From: Candidatus Uhrbacteria bacterium CG_4_9_14_3_um_filter_50_9
Lineage (GTDB): Bacteria > Patescibacteriota > Patescibacteriia > UBA9934 > GWF2-40-263
Assembly: GCA_002791295.1 (NCBI GenBank)
Contig: PFWU01000001.1
Coordinates: forward strand, 1-51,852
DNA: 51,852 bases
Reading direction: 5' to 3'
Shown here piece by piece: positions 50,190-51,852 of this stretch (positions are counted from its first letter, which is position 1; the number at the start of each line of letters is the position of its first letter). The position numbers were made by a program, and so were the translations under genes. The notes beneath the pieces are model-generated. The model had not been told where the DNA came from. It saw only the letters and a program-made list of their open reading frames with translations, and did not search any database.

Positions 50190-50420
50190 ATGAGCGCCGA
50201 AGATAAAATCATCGAAAAACTCATTGAGCTGGGCGAGGACATTAAGGATGTAAAAGTAGAATTGGCGTCAAAGCCATCACGGGAAGAGGTGATGTCCTCA
50301 CTCGATGCCCAAGGAGTCATCCTCCAACGCCTCGACCAAGAACGACTATTTACCTTGGAAAGAATCAAGCGTATTGAAGCGGATGTCGATCAGATGAAGG
50401 TGATGCTAGACATTGCTTAG
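50190..50420 (+). CDS. Small coiled-coil protein (76 aa), unknown
   Basis: Heptad-rich sequence. TTGTTT-17-TATATT lies 9 nt upstream of the ATG. Hairpin terminator downstream. Confidence 0.5.
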   Translation: MSAEDKIIEKLIELGEDIKDVKVELASKPSREEVMSSLDAQGVILQRLDQERLFTLERIKRIEADVDQMKVMLDIA

Positions 50421-50424
50421 ATCT

Positions 50425-50449
50425 AAACAGGCTTAAGAGCCTGTTTTTT
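50425..50449 (+). terminator. Terminator between the small + gene and dnaK
   Basis: AAACAGGCT-taag-AGCCTGTTT then TTTG. Confidence 0.65.
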
Positions 50450-50474
50450 GATTTGGAAAAGGAAAGAAGAGAGA

Positions 50475-51852
50475 CTACTCCCCCTTCTTTTCCCCTTCAC
50501 CCTTCTCCGTAAACTCCGCGTCGATCGGTTCATCTTTCTTTTCCTCACCACCCTCACCACCAGCCTCGCCACCTGCTGCCTGTTCCTGCTGGTAGAGCTT
50601 GGCACCGACCTTCTGTGCTGCATCGGTCAGCTCGTCTGCTGCCTTCTTGATGGCTTCGTGGTCGTCGCCGTCTTTCACGGCCTTAAGCGCTTCGATCTTT
50701 GCTTCTACTTCTTTGCGATCGTCGTCGGTGATTTTTTCGCCAGCATCCTTAAGCATGCTCTCAGCCGTATGGATCATGGTGTTTGCCATGTTCTGGTGCT
50801 CGACCATTTCTTTTCGTTTCTTGTCGCTTTCTGCGTGCTCTTCTGCTTCTTTTTTCATGCGATCGACTTCTTCGTCTGAGAGTCCGGTTGAGCCTTGGAT
50901 GGTGATGTTCTGGCTTTTTCCTGTTCCCTTTTCGGTTGCCGATACGTTCAAGATTCCGTTTGCGTCGATATCAAACTTCACTTCCACCTGTGGAACACCG
51001 CGAGGGGCTGGGGGGATGCCTGAGAGGATGAAGCGGCCGAGGGTTTTGTTGCCATCTGCCATTTCGCGCTCACCTTGCAGGACATGGATCTCCACGGTGT
51101 TTTGGTTGTCAGCTGCGGTGGAGAAGGTTTGGCTCTTCGATGCTGGAATGGTGGTGTTTCGTTCAATGAGTGCGGTCATCACCCCACCGAGGGTTTCGAT
51201 TCCGAGTGAGAGTGGCGTGACGTCGAGGAGGAGCACATCCTTCACATCCCCTTGGAGCACACCTGCTTGAACGGCCGCTCCCATCGCAACGACTTCATCT
51301 GGGTTCACACTCACGTTTGGCTTCTTACCAAAGAATTCTTCTACGGTCTTCTGTACGAGTGGCATGCGGGTCATTCCACCCACCATGACGATTTCTTCAA
51401 TATCTTTTTTCTCAAATCCAGAATCCTTAAGCGCTGCCTTCAATGGTTCCAAGGTACGCTTCACGAGGTCGCTGCAGAGTTCGTCGAGCTTTGCACGGGT
51501 CATGCTGAGCACAAGGTGCTTTGGTCCGTTTGAGTCCGAGGTGATAAACGGTTGGTTGATCTCTGTCTGTGGAGCGGTTGAAAGCTCAATCTTTGCGCGC
51601 TCTGCTGCATCCTTGACACGCTGAAGTGCGAGACTGTCGTTTGAAAGATCAATCCCTTCCTGCTTTTTAAACTCTTCCAAAATCCAATCGATGATCACGC
51701 GATCAAAATCATCTCCTCCAAGGTGGGTGTCACCATTGGTGGACTTTACTTCCACCGTGTCCTCTGAAACTTCAAGGACAGACACATCAAAGGTTCCACC
51801 ACCCAAGTCGTAGACGACAATCTGTTGACCGGCCTTCTTATCGAATCCGTAG
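50475..51852 (-). CDS. dnaK: Chaperone DnaK (C-terminal ~460 codons; N-terminus beyond the right window edge)
   Basis: The reverse translation at the window edge reads ...[15 protein letters not shown], then the substrate-binding domain and an acidic/G-rich tail. Confidence 0.95.
   Translation of the reverse strand, partial: YGFDKKAGQQIVVYDLGGGTFDVSVLEVSEDTVEVKSTNGDTHLGGDDFDRVIIDWILEEFKKQEGIDLSNDSLALQRVKDAAERAKIELSTAPQTEINQPFITSDSNGPKHLVLSMTRAKLDELCSDLVKRTLEPLKAALKDSGFEKKDIEEIVMVGGMTRMPLVQKTVEEFFGKKPNVSVNPDEVVAMGAAVQAGVLQGDVKDVLLLDVTPLSLGIETLGGVMTALIERNTTIPASKSQTFSTAADNQNTVEIHVLQGEREMADGNKTLGRFILSGIPPAPRGVPQVEVKFDIDANGILNVSATEKGTGKSQNITIQGSTGLSDEEVDRMKKEAEEHAESDKKRKEMVEHQNMANTMIHTAESMLKDAGEKITDDDRKEVEAKIEALKAVKDGDDHEAIKKAADELTDAAQKVGAKLYQQEQAAGGEAGGEGGEEKKDEPIDAEFTEKGEGEKKGE

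Overview
The window is a dense, mostly minus-strand housekeeping backbone. By hand count it is moderately AT-rich, about 40-47% G+C in sampled stretches. Recognisable genes are era, mnmA, uppP, secDF, secA, hpf, murBC, glyA, rdgB, folD, dnaB, ybaB-recR, rplU, a ClpA/C-like unfoldase, tgt, dnaJ and dnaK (3' part), plus a TraD/VirD4-like ATPase with a membrane partner. Gene content and style suggest a small-genome bacterium, possibly Patescibacteria-like, but that is inference only. I saw no rRNA, tRNA, CRISPR array, integrase or transposase.

The most striking signal is ten visibly GC-rich single genes (about 60% G+C in a 120-nt hand count) dropped one at a time into intergenic gaps. None interrupts a backbone gene. 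Each carries a GGAGG-type SD box and a GC-rich hairpin followed by TTTTC/TTTC/TTTTG, and eight of the ten carry a TTGAC[A/G]-N17(18)-TAnnnT-type promoter (-10 variants TGAGAT and TTAAAT/TAAATT included). This is moron-like architecture repeated ten times. The products are two HAD phosphatases, an IMPase-fold phosphatase, a PPDK_N-type ATP-grasp protein, a repeat-rich all-beta protein, a 3-TM coiled-coil protein, a Cys-rich 68-aa protein and three ORFans. They could be one dispersed system or regulon, or an engineered or chimeric sequence.

In contrast, at least nine backbone genes start 6-10 nt after a -10 box with no SD, so they look leaderless.

Other non-coding structure:
- a ~55-nt structured element present in two copies, each between co-directional genes;
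- two long imperfect palindromes (~160 nt upstream of folD, ~130 nt upstream of ybaB), each preceded by a well-placed promoter.

Notable proteins:
- SecD carrying an embedded parvulin PPIase module;
- a membrane-anchored Clp-type ATPase with a degenerate D1 Walker B;
- the TraD-like ATPase, which has a CxxC-x17-CxxC ribbon and a long K/E/P-rich tail.
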